A stretch of 64,000 nt of DNA from positions 1-64,000 of IMG/VR virus record IMGVR_UViG_3300027771_001853; one strand, given 5' to 3'. The notes beneath the pieces are model-generated. The model was not told where the DNA came from, did not search any database, and saw only the letters and a list, made by a program, of their open reading frames with translations. Numbering within the stretch: the first letter of the stretch is position 1; every line of letters starts with the position of its first letter. Below, piece by piece: positions 48,483 through 57,191 of the stretch. The translations under genes and the position numbers were made by a program.

Positions 48483-49916
48483 TTAGACCTTAATAGATTC
48501 ATATCGAGCGGACCCGATAGTCTCCATCATCATATTATAAGGTGTCATATCCTGACAACTTAATATACTTTTCATGATTGAGGGTGAGAATCCTGACACT
48601 AACGCTGTTCCCATCTCGTCGAAACTAGTTGGTACGTTGTCTTGTCTACTTTGGATATTCCAATAAACAATCCCTGGCATTTTGTAACCAGCTTCCTCAT
48701 ACATCCCTTTAATCATTTCTTGTGCAGTTGGGTTCCAGTCTGTTACTTTGTCATAGTTATCACTGATTGCTTCATCAAACTCCATATCCGAAAGGATAAG
48801 AACTTTGGTCGGCATCTCTGATACTGAAACATCGTGTTTTACTGCTTGGTCTAAGATTAACTTAAACGTTGCTTGTAAATCAGTACTCATTCCCCAGTCT
48901 GCTCTCTCCAGTTGAGTTAACCTTTCGGCTAACGAACCTTCGAGTAATTGTAGTTGTGGTCTCGAAGAAAATGTTATGAATGCGTTTTTGAAGACACCTT
49001 CATTTCTCTCTGAGATGTACAAACCCAATGATGTTGAAACATCCATACAAGTAACGTTACCGTTATTTCCAGCGGAATTTCCCATCGAACCTGATACATC
49101 AACTACAGGTAACACTCTTTCACTAATACCTTCCATGTAATTTGGAAGAGACTCCCATTGTGCTTGTGCAACATCCCTTTCCCCACCAAATTTGATGGAT
49201 TTAGTTATGTCATAAGGGTATACAGCTCCAGCGTTGATTGTAGTTTTACCTTCAACTAAAGCTCTTTTGTACTCCTCATACCTCTCTTCGTCATTCTTCA
49301 TGAAAGTTTTTTGATACCTTGACGAGGCTAAGGATGGAAGTTTCGAATAATCGATACTTTTCCAATCCTTTGCACACATCTTGGTTTCAACCACATCGGT
49401 AAGTCCTACTAATAACTTACGGTATTGTTTTGGGGACATTCTAAGGTACCTACGAATAATATTCGCTTTCATACCTTTTCTTGGCATCCATTTAGCACAT
49501 AAACCATCTTCGTTATCCAAAGCAGTTTTTACTAAATTAAGTGCCGAGTCCCAACAGTTCTGAGTTCCAACCAACGTTAAAACATCATCCCATCTACCGT
49601 ATTCACTAATTAAGTGAATGTTTTTATGTAAAACTTCTCTGTGGTTGTCACATAACCATAATAGACAATCTCTGAAGATTTGTCTCTCACCAGCTCCACC
49701 ACGGACATCACGTGCCCAAAAAATAATCCTAATTGTTGTGAGAGGGTCTTCATTAAAAGCTTTCGAAACCTTGGCGTGAAGTCTGTCTTTGCTCGCACCA
49801 CGCATCGCTCCTACTTGAAAAAATAGGTCAACACAATGTTTGAGCGAGGATGAGTTTGTGGTCATCCCTTTCTCAGTCGTTGTGTCTTTTTGTTGTATGG
49901 CGTCGATTAAATTCAT
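48483..49916 (-). CDS. DUF2828-family TROVE/Ro60-like protein with vWA domain
   Basis: ARDVRGGAGER, YGRWDD, AKWMPR, VVDVSGSM (MIDAS), ILSDMEFD, VYWN, SGFS. Confidence 0.85.
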   Translation of the reverse strand: MNLIDAIQQKDTTTEKGMTTNSSSLKHCVDLFFQVGAMRGASKDRLHAKVSKAFNEDPLTTIRIIFWARDVRGGAGERQIFRDCLLWLCDNHREVLHKNIHLISEYGRWDDVLTLVGTQNCWDSALNLVKTALDNEDGLCAKWMPRKGMKANIIRRYLRMSPKQYRKLLVGLTDVVETKMCAKDWKSIDYSKLPSLASSRYQKTFMKNDEERYEEYKRALVEGKTTINAGAVYPYDITKSIKFGGERDVAQAQWESLPNYMEGISERVLPVVDVSGSMGNSAGNNGNVTCMDVSTSLGLYISERNEGVFKNAFITFSSRPQLQLLEGSLAERLTQLERADWGMSTDLQATFKLILDQAVKHDVSVSEMPTKVLILSDMEFDEAISDNYDKVTDWNPTAQEMIKGMYEEAGYKMPGIVYWNIQSRQDNVPTSFDEMGTALVSGFSPSIMKSILSCQDMTPYNMMMETIGSARYESIKV

Positions 49917-49979
49917 GGTTATAGTTTTTAAACAATATTATAATTTATAAAAGTTCATAAAGTAACTGAACGTTGTTAT

Positions 49980-50007
49980 ATTATAATAAAAAAATTGGTT
50001 GTGTCAA
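49980..50007 (-). promoter_or_regulatory. Possible sigma70-like promoter TTGACA-N16-TATAAT
   Basis: Exact hexamers upstream of the DUF2828 gene; AT-rich background lowers significance. Confidence 0.35.
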
Positions 50008-50033
50008 GCCGCCAGAAGGAGTTTTTTTTAAAT

Positions 50034-50294
50034 TTAAGCTTTTTTCTTAAGTAACTCTTCCTTTAGCCCACTTAACGAGTGTTTTCCATCCGGTATTAAA
50101 TCTTCATTGATGTGATTACAATCCGCACATTGGAATATAATCATAGGTGCGAAAGTTGGTCTTTCCATCTGTGCTACATCAGCAGTGATTTTTTTAAGGA
50201 TGTGTCTTTGTTTGAATAATCCAGAACCACAATTGTCACACATGACATCTTGTAAATCGTCTGGATTAATATTTAATTCTTGTTGTTCTTGCAT
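50034..50294 (-). CDS. Zinc-ribbon protein (paralog of 18449-18670)
   Basis: CDNC...PMIIFQCADCNHIN. Confidence 0.7.
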   Translation of the reverse strand: MQEQQELNINPDDLQDVMCDNCGSGLFKQRHILKKITADVAQMERPTFAPMIIFQCADCNHINEDLIPDGKHSLSGLKEELLKKKA

Positions 50295-50371
50295 AATATA
50301 ATATTTTTATATAAATGTACTAAGAGGATGCTAGTTAGTCAAATATTTATTATAAAAGATTGTAGAAAATA

Positions 50372-50716
50372 ATGGAACTTATTATAAACAAAAATAACTA
50401 CCCTTTGGAGTTGATGTTGACCGAACCCCAAATAAGAAAGGGTATGATGGGTAGAAATAAACTAGATGGTGGAATGTTGTTTGTGTTTGATAACGTTTCT
50501 CCTAGAGCTTTCTGGATGAAAGACTGTAAGATACCTTTAGATATAATATACCTAACTAATGGTAAGGTAAATAAAATCTACAATTCATGTTTACCATGTA
50601 AAAGGTTAAAGTGTAAGAACTATCCTGGTGTTGGGGATTCGGTACTTGAATTAAACGGTGGTACAGTTAAAAGAGAAAATATCCAAAAAGGTGATTTATT
50701 AAGATTTAAGTCTTAA
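50372..50716 (+). CDS. DUF192 family protein
   Basis: GMMGR..GMLFVF..FWMK..IPLDIIY..VLELNGG. Confidence 0.88.
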   Translation: MELIINKNNYPLELMLTEPQIRKGMMGRNKLDGGMLFVFDNVSPRAFWMKDCKIPLDIIYLTNGKVNKIYNSCLPCKRLKCKNYPGVGDSVLELNGGTVKRENIQKGDLLRFKS

Positions 50717-51115
50717 TTATTCCCTAGTCTTAATATACTCTAGAATGGTTGTTGCCATTTGTTCATCAAAAAACTCTGGGTCTAATTCAGCAACTATTTC
50801 ACTTGTAGTGTCATCACTTTCTAACTCACCAGTTTCGAGATATATCACGTACTTAGGTGGGCCAAAAACAGTTTCATATTCTAAAACTAACTGACCACCT
50901 TTATATGGTAAATTTTTAATCACACTATTTTCTTCTTCTGGTTCGACATGTTGTGGGTCACCAGGTTCAGCGTATTTTTGTTGTGTTTTTTTAAAAGAAT
51001 CGTCATAGAAATAATCAGGATTACCACCTGGAGTATCATTTCTAGAGTCTTCTTTAATAATTTTTTTAACCAAGTTTTGTATGTGTTGTGGGGATATGTT
51101 TACCTTTCTTTTCAT
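50717..51115 (-). CDS. Hypothetical phage protein with IIKE leader
   Basis: NLVKKIIKED. Confidence 0.65.
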   Translation of the reverse strand: MKRKVNISPQHIQNLVKKIIKEDSRNDTPGGNPDYFYDDSFKKTQQKYAEPGDPQHVEPEEENSVIKNLPYKGGQLVLEYETVFGPPKYVIYLETGELESDDTTSEIVAELDPEFFDEQMATTILEYIKTRE

Positions 51116-52539
51116 TATTGGGTTAGTTTTTTAAGTTTTTCTACCATAGCGTTTTGAATCCATTTCACCATTTTAACATATTTTGTTTGTTGTCCAGATT
51201 TCTTTTTGTATGGTTTGTCAAAATTTCTTGTCGCTCTACTAAAAAAGTTTAACCCACTTATGTTAGTTATACATTTATGCCCTCCACTATTAGACTGTAT
51301 AACATCCCATATAGAAACTGTTATTCTATCCAGATAACTTTTTTCGGTCTCAGTTAAATTTGCCCAAGGTGTATCCACCATTTTAATTGTATTTCCATAC
51401 TCTGGGGAATCTTCAGGTGGCATATTTTGTAAATGGTCCTTATATAAAGCAAATAAATCAGACGATTTAAAACCAATACTTTCTTCTTCAGCTTTAGTTT
51501 CACCTATACGTTTTATAACAGAAATGGGTACTTGGTGTCTTTGTAGTCCTGGTTTAATGGTCTCCAACACTTCTTGAGCTACATCTGCTAAGTTCACACC
51601 TTTAATAGCTCTATCTTCTTTAAACGGATTACATGACGCTTGTACTAGACCCATAGGCCAAGCTATAACTAGAAAATCAGCGTCAGGGTATAATTTAAAT
51701 GGTGTGTACCTATCGTAAGACCCTGGTTTAAACATACTACCTCCACCGTATTGAGATATGATACCATCTTCGTAAGTTACATTAGCGTTTTTACTTTGTG
51801 CGTCCACATAACTTTCTTGGTTTTTTTGCATGTCTTCTGGTGTAGCAAATCCCCTTTCTTTTGCTATCCTCCTAATGTTATTATAGATGTTTAACAGAGA
51901 AGGTTCTGATGTCATAACTAACTCTTCTAGAAACCCTGGTTTATTTTTATAAGCTAATAACAATTTATTTGTTAATAGTGCTAACATTTGTTTATTCTTA
52001 GGTACACCACCTTCTTTATCCAAGTCGTACAAATAATTCATAACCTCTTCAGGTTTAATCCCATACTTCGCATAATCAGCACTATCCATGGTAGAAATCA
52101 TCCTAATATCATCATTAGGGAATATATCTTGTGGGCTTACTATTTGAGATACTGTCTCAACGTTTGACCTTGCTCCTCTAAATTGGGTTGACGTATCATC
52201 TTCTACCCCAGTTTGGCTATCGTGATGGTCAGTATGTATAATCATCTGTGGTTTACCGTGAGCAAAATCCACCAATACTGGCATAACATCACCCCTAGCT
52301 TTATCTATTAGTGGTTTTTGTACTGAAAATTCCTTATCACCATATTGGATTACATGACTACCTATAACTTTTATCCCGTAAGATTCCAAATAATTCTTCA
52401 TCGCTAAAGCAGTTGTAACCCCATCCGTATCTTGGTGGAAGTATATTTCCGCTTTAGGGTATCTTTGAGCTAACGCGGTAATATTACGTATTCCGCTTTC
52501 TTTTAATAAGATTTGTGAGAGTGTATTAACTAATTCCAT
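51115..52539 (-). CDS. DHH-family phosphoesterase
   Basis: FHQDTDG, LVDF, TDHH, GGHK motifs; ILLKE leader. Confidence 0.75.
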   Translation of the reverse strand: MELVNTLSQILLKESGIRNITALAQRYPKAEIYFHQDTDGVTTALAMKNYLESYGIKVIGSHVIQYGDKEFSVQKPLIDKARGDVMPVLVDFAHGKPQMIIHTDHHDSQTGVEDDTSTQFRGARSNVETVSQIVSPQDIFPNDDIRMISTMDSADYAKYGIKPEEVMNYLYDLDKEGGVPKNKQMLALLTNKLLLAYKNKPGFLEELVMTSEPSLLNIYNNIRRIAKERGFATPEDMQKNQESYVDAQSKNANVTYEDGIISQYGGGSMFKPGSYDRYTPFKLYPDADFLVIAWPMGLVQASCNPFKEDRAIKGVNLADVAQEVLETIKPGLQRHQVPISVIKRIGETKAEEESIGFKSSDLFALYKDHLQNMPPEDSPEYGNTIKMVDTPWANLTETEKSYLDRITVSIWDVIQSNSGGHKCITNISGLNFFSRATRNFDKPYKKKSGQQTKYVKMVKWIQNAMVEKLKKLTQ

Positions 52540-52551
52540 ATTTCATAAATA

Positions 52552-53160
52552 TTACGCACATCCACCTGAAGAACAAAATAAGGTGGAGGTCGCTATTCTT
52601 CTTTCATTATGCCCCCAGTCACCGTTTATTATGGTGTTAGATGCTTTTTTATAATTTCCTTGTTCAATATCCACAATAAGTGTAGGAGAATGTATAAAAG
52701 CATTACAACCTATATTATACGCTATATCAATCATTGCACGATACATACCTAAAGTTAGTAAACGATTATTCGTGTCTCCAGTTGTCGCTCTAGATTGCCA
52801 ACTTTTTATACATCTTGCCGCTTCGTTAATATCAGGAACCGTTAATGCTTTTGCTGTTTGGAGGGTCATCTCTTTATTGTTATCCCTATATTCTTGAATA
52901 ATTGATTCTTGGGTTGTCCCGAATCCAATAGTTAGTGTACCGTAAATTGTGCCTCCAGTATATCTAATAGGTGTTCCTTCTTTCCACTTTCTCATATCGT
53001 CATACACATAAGGAATGTGGTTTCCATATACGTCTCCTTCATGTTTCCTTATATGGTCAAACAATTCTTGGCCAGCTACATTTCCAGTCCCTTTTTGAAA
53101 ATCCAAAAAAGTCGGTGTAGTTTCTTCTACTAATAACGATAATGTATGAAGTAATCCCAT
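52552..53160 (-). CDS. Phage lysozyme (GH24-like)
   Basis: HEG..VYDD..TIGFG; AMIDIAYNIG. Confidence 0.7.
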   Translation of the reverse strand: MGLLHTLSLLVEETTPTFLDFQKGTGNVAGQELFDHIRKHEGDVYGNHIPYVYDDMRKWKEGTPIRYTGGTIYGTLTIGFGTTQESIIQEYRDNNKEMTLQTAKALTVPDINEAARCIKSWQSRATTGDTNNRLLTLGMYRAMIDIAYNIGCNAFIHSPTLIVDIEQGNYKKASNTIINGDWGHNERRIATSTLFCSSGGCA

Positions 53161-53183
53161 AACTATAAATACTCACTTAATTA

Positions 53184-53414
53184 CTATTGATGTGTGGAAT
53201 TTTTGATTTGTTGAATGGCTCTACCCAAATACCAAGATGCTTTTTCTAGGTCCTCTATTGTTTCGTTCTTCTTACCAGCACGAGATATGTACTTAACCAC
53301 GTTCCCTAATGAAAAATTTAAGTCCCAAGCTTCTATAACCTTTATAGCTTCATAAATGTTCTCTTCACCTCCATAGTGTATTGGGTGGTTTACCATTTCT
53401 TTCTTTGTCCCCAC
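53184..53414 (-). CDS. DUF3310 family protein
   Basis: VNHPIHY..LGNVVKYISRAGKK..EDLEKASWYL. Confidence 0.88.
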   Translation of the reverse strand: MGTKKEMVNHPIHYGGEENIYEAIKVIEAWDLNFSLGNVVKYISRAGKKNETIEDLEKASWYLGRAIQQIKNSTHQ

Positions 53415-53415
53415 T

Positions 53416-53793
53416 CTAAGTGCTCTTTATATTTTTCTTAACAGATTGTTTAATTAGTGAGTCCTCATCAAGTTCCTCCTCACTTGTATTCCCTATTACC
53501 ATTTCTAAAGCTTCCTTATTATCTTCTTCTAATTTTTCTATTAAAGTTAAAACTTTTTCTTGTAGGTCGTTTGTTTTCATCACATCAGATTTAAGTACAC
53601 TTATTAGTTCTACTTTTGTTTCAAAATCTCCAGGTAATACTAACACCTTATACCCAAAATCTTTCATTAATTGATTGGCGAACATTCTCAATTCTTCTGA
53701 TGGTGGAACTCTTAACATCTGTATAACTAGAATCGGTTCATACTTCCCCTCTAATAAATTCTCTAGATTTTTTAATATTTTTTTGCTGTCCAT
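53416..53793 (-). CDS. Hypothetical protein
   Basis: ORF track. Confidence 0.6.
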   Translation of the reverse strand: MDSKKILKNLENLLEGKYEPILVIQMLRVPPSEELRMFANQLMKDFGYKVLVLPGDFETKVELISVLKSDVMKTNDLQEKVLTLIEKLEEDNKEALEMVIGNTSEEELDEDSLIKQSVKKNIKST

Positions 53794-53885
53794 AATTTTT
53801 TTTTATTGATTAAATTTAAATATACCCCCACCAAAGTAAATATAAAATATTTTCTCTTTTCTTGCGTTGGTTAGGTTATTTTTAT

Positions 53886-53893
53886 TATATTTG
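53886..53893 (+). promoter_or_regulatory. Bacteroidota -7 promoter element TATATTTG
   Basis: TAnnTTTG with an upstream TTG; precedes 53935 and rpsU. Confidence 0.6.
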
Positions 53894-53934
53894 TATCTAT
53901 AAAAGTAATTATAACAATATAATTATCGAAACTC

Positions 53935-54189
53935 ATGAAAAATAAAATAAGTGGGATTTTTGCTAGAGGTTCTACTAGAACCGAAGTTGATGAACTTTTA
54001 TCAAAGAAGAGTCGGATTGAATGGGAGTTGGGTAAGATAAGAAAGGGTTGTAACCATACTAATCAGTCTTTAAAACTGATTAACACTGGTGGAATGTCTT
54101 CCTTCCAAATACGTTGGGTATGTGAGGATTGTACTAGTCCGGTTGGTTGGCCTACTAAAGAGGAAACAATAAAATTTTTAAAAACTTAA
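53935..54189 (+). CDS. Hypothetical Zn-binding protein
   Basis: CNH...CEDC. Confidence 0.6.
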   Translation: MKNKISGIFARGSTRTEVDELLSKKSRIEWELGKIRKGCNHTNQSLKLINTGGMSSFQIRWVCEDCTSPVGWPTKEETIKFLKT

Positions 54190-54198
54190 TAAAATAAT

Positions 54199-54387
54199 AT
54201 GTTAATAACAGAAGTAAAACAGGGAAACATTAATAGGGCGTTAAAGGATATGCGTCATAAGTTTAGAAATACTAAAACATTTCAAAGACTTAAGGACCTT
54301 AGATATTTTGAAAAGCCTTCGGCTAAAAGAAGACTTAAGTTAGAAAAAGCCGTAAGAAGGGACGAAAAACGTAGAGAAGAAGAGTAA
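54199..54387 (+). CDS. rpsU: Ribosomal protein bS21
   Basis: MLITEVKQGNINRALK...YFEKPSAKRR..KA. Confidence 0.85.
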   Translation: MLITEVKQGNINRALKDMRHKFRNTKTFQRLKDLRYFEKPSAKRRLKLEKAVRRDEKRREEE

Positions 54388-54397
54388 TTTAGTTGTA

Positions 54398-55600
54398 TCA
54401 CCTATATCTACCATACCTATCTAAATTCCCATCAGGTTCTATAAAACTCCATTCTTCCCAGTTGGGGTCTATTTCATTACTCAATAAATCTTCTAACCAA
54501 GGTATTAATTTAATCGGTATCATAATTTCAGGGTCATATGGTACGTACCAATCTTCATTTCTCACTTCAAGTACCTCACTATTACCTTCTTCAAATGCTT
54601 CCCACACCCAAGTAGTGTATTGGTTACCATAAGCTAACCCATATAATTTAAAAACCTGTATAATATCATCCATTACCCCTCTTACCTTAACTAATGCAAA
54701 TTCAATATTTTCTTCAACATCTCGCCAACTACCATCTCTTTTTCTCATTGCTTCTGGCCATCGTCTTTGTGCATTAAAATATGCCTCCAACCATACCCTT
54801 AATTCTTTCCGGTATTTACCATCAATAATATTGAATGCTATGTCCTCATCTACATCTTCTTCTTCTTCTGTTTCTTCTTGTTCTAAAATGTGGTCTCCAG
54901 CTGAGTGTTTGTGGGACGCGTGAGAAGTTAATTGTACTTCTTCTAGTTCTTCATCAAACACATCTGAATCCATATAATCTATAAAGTCAGAAGTAAAAAC
55001 CCCTTCTGTTAAATTATCTGGTGGTGTGTTTCTGTTTTTAAGTTCACGTAATCTCCTAACTAACCTATTAAATAGATTTTTTATTGATAGTATTCCGACG
55101 GAGAATAATAAAGCTTTAAAATATTGGGGTGCCATCTCCATGGTTAGATGTTCTGAGTTCGTGTAGGCCCTGATAGCGTCTATAATTGGTAGAAACATAA
55201 ACGTAAACGAAGCTATGTCTAGTAGGTTGGTAACTACGAATCCCGAGGTTTCCGCTATTTTTATACCAATATCTTCTACGGTTTTTAAAAAAGTAACTGA
55301 TTTGTTTAGTGTCGGTTCTAGTCCCCTACCTTTAATAAGGTTTACTAGTTTTTTAATTTCCGCACTATTGTCCCTTATTACCAAAGCGACTGCTGCTATA
55401 AAAACCATAGCAATTTCTACTTCAGTAAACTTAGGGTCTTGATTTAATAACAAGTCTTTAACTGGACCATAAAATGCCGTTATACCAGCACCCCATGTGA
55501 GTGTTCCCTCTATGTGTACCCCCACACTATCAAGTAATTCTTTTAAAAAACTATCTTTAGTGTCTTGTTGTTCTAATATAAGTTCTATTTGTGTTTTCAT
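54398..55600 (-). CDS. Hypothetical modular protein (hydrophobic N-half, acidic C-half)
   Basis: MKTQIELILEQ leader; internal LTE and ILE; TATTTAT at 55608-55614. Confidence 0.7.
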   Translation of the reverse strand: MKTQIELILEQQDTKDSFLKELLDSVGVHIEGTLTWGAGITAFYGPVKDLLLNQDPKFTEVEIAMVFIAAVALVIRDNSAEIKKLVNLIKGRGLEPTLNKSVTFLKTVEDIGIKIAETSGFVVTNLLDIASFTFMFLPIIDAIRAYTNSEHLTMEMAPQYFKALLFSVGILSIKNLFNRLVRRLRELKNRNTPPDNLTEGVFTSDFIDYMDSDVFDEELEEVQLTSHASHKHSAGDHILEQEETEEEEDVDEDIAFNIIDGKYRKELRVWLEAYFNAQRRWPEAMRKRDGSWRDVEENIEFALVKVRGVMDDIIQVFKLYGLAYGNQYTTWVWEAFEEGNSEVLEVRNEDWYVPYDPEIMIPIKLIPWLEDLLSNEIDPNWEEWSFIEPDGNLDRYGRYR

Positions 55601-55631
55601 TACAACAATAAATACTAGTAGTTAGTCCAAT

Positions 55632-56258
55632 TTAATGAAAAATTACTGCACCATAATTAGATGCTAATGAAAAAGCTTTTTTCCACTCATCATATTTCAA
55701 TCTAAACCATCTAACATCATCTAAAGTATATTCATCATTTTCTTCTTGTCCATCTTCTTTTCTTTGTTTTAGGAAACCTGGTGTGTGGTCGGGGTGACCT
55801 TTCATTAATACCCATTTGTCTATAGTGGTCATTATTTTTTTTTCATTATCTACAAAATCTTGGTATAGTTTTTTTGAGACAACTGGTCCAATAAAACCAT
55901 CAGCGTCAGAAAAATTAATTAATTCTTCAAAGGGCCTGCCTTTGTACCCTCCACCATCTACTTTTGCCCACACATCAGAAGAACCACCATAATAACCAGC
56001 GGCATGAGCTAATTCGTCCCTCCACATACCATATCCAGTATAGGAACCAGCTCTAAACCCAAAGTAGTCATTTGAGGAGGTATAAAAACCATCATCTAAT
56101 CCTTCTGCTTGTTCGGTAAACGAATTAGGTTTTTGAAAACGCCAAACACTACCTGCTTGTTCTTCCTCCCAATCGTAGTATTCGTCTGACCAAGGTTTTA
56201 TACCTTCAGGTAATTCTATTCTTTCTAACTCACTAAGTGCACTAATGTCTAATCCCAT
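55632..56258 (-). CDS. Hypothetical phage protein
   Basis: MGLDI..FRAGSY..PFEELINFSDADG. Confidence 0.7.
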   Translation of the reverse strand: MGLDISALSELERIELPEGIKPWSDEYYDWEEEQAGSVWRFQKPNSFTEQAEGLDDGFYTSSNDYFGFRAGSYTGYGMWRDELAHAAGYYGGSSDVWAKVDGGGYKGRPFEELINFSDADGFIGPVVSKKLYQDFVDNEKKIMTTIDKWVLMKGHPDHTPGFLKQRKEDGQEENDEYTLDDVRWFRLKYDEWKKAFSLASNYGAVIFH

Positions 56259-56532
56259 TGATATAATCTTTAACTAATTTAAAACATTCTTTAGGTTCCT
56301 CGAAATCCAAGTCTGGAACGAAGAACTTAGAACTGCCAGTATCTGTGTTAATTACCTTGGCTGTTGGGACAAAGTCCTCACCGGTAAGTTTCTTTACGTT
56401 CTCCCATAAATTAACTCTTTCCTCAATGTCTATAGGTCTATAATCAATCCCTTCATTCTGGAAATAACCTTTTAATTCATCACAATAAGGACATCCTTCC
56501 ATACTATATAACACAATCTTATAATTCTTCAT
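56242..56532 (-). CDS. Glutaredoxin
   Basis: GCPYC, FVPT. Confidence 0.82.
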   Translation of the reverse strand: MKNYKIVLYSMEGCPYCDELKGYFQNEGIDYRPIDIEERVNLWENVKKLTGEDFVPTAKVINTDTGSSKFFVPDLDFEEPKECFKLVKDYINGIRH

Positions 56533-56533
56533 A

Positions 56534-56851
56534 TTAATTTAAGTAATACTTTATTTTATCACTATAGAAAGATTTAGGTTTAACCCCACTCATCCTCTCA
56601 GCTTCTTTACCATTTTTAAATATAATGATGGTTGGTATGCCCCTTATACCGTATTTTTTCGCCAAATCTGGGGACTCTTCTGTGTCTACCTTCCCAACAC
56701 AAATACTAGAATCACCTTTATAATCGTTTATTAATTCATTCATTATTGGTGTTAACATTTTACACGGGCCACACCAAGCTGCCCAAAAATCTACTAACGA
56801 TACTTTGTTATTTTCAATTTCCGTATCAAAATTACTTTTTGTTAATTTCAT
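56534..56851 (-). CDS. trxA: Thioredoxin
   Basis: VDFWAAWCGPCK, GIRGIPT. Confidence 0.95.
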   Translation of the reverse strand: MKLTKSNFDTEIENNKVSLVDFWAAWCGPCKMLTPIMNELINDYKGDSSICVGKVDTEESPDLAKKYGIRGIPTIIIFKNGKEAERMSGVKPKSFYSDKIKYYLN

Positions 56852-57191
56852 ATCTTATAAATCCTGTTTTGTTCTCTCCGGGAGAACTTGTTATTATTTC
56901 CTCTTCAAAATTATAAATATCGAGGTTTTTTATTAATTTTTTTATTTTTAAGCATTCACCATATTCTTCTATTTCTACATAATACTCCATAGCTTTTTCT
57001 AAACCCGATTTCCATTCACCCTTAGGTACACTCAATGTTACATCTTGGTTTTTTATTTCTGCTATGTTGACTGATTCTAAATTACCTTCTATCCCTTCAG
57101 TTATATTTTCAACTATACTTTTCATAATAATTGGTTTTTTAGCTTTAGCTTCAAAGTCTTCTAATGATATTATGGGAATTTTTCTAGTCAT
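56832..57191 (-). CDS. Hypothetical protein with UVR-like EEYGEC motif
   Basis: YYVEIEEYGECLKIK. Confidence 0.65.
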   Translation of the reverse strand: MTRKIPIISLEDFEAKAKKPIIMKSIVENITEGIEGNLESVNIAEIKNQDVTLSVPKGEWKSGLEKAMEYYVEIEEYGECLKIKKLIKNLDIYNFEEEIITSSPGENKTGFIRYEINKK

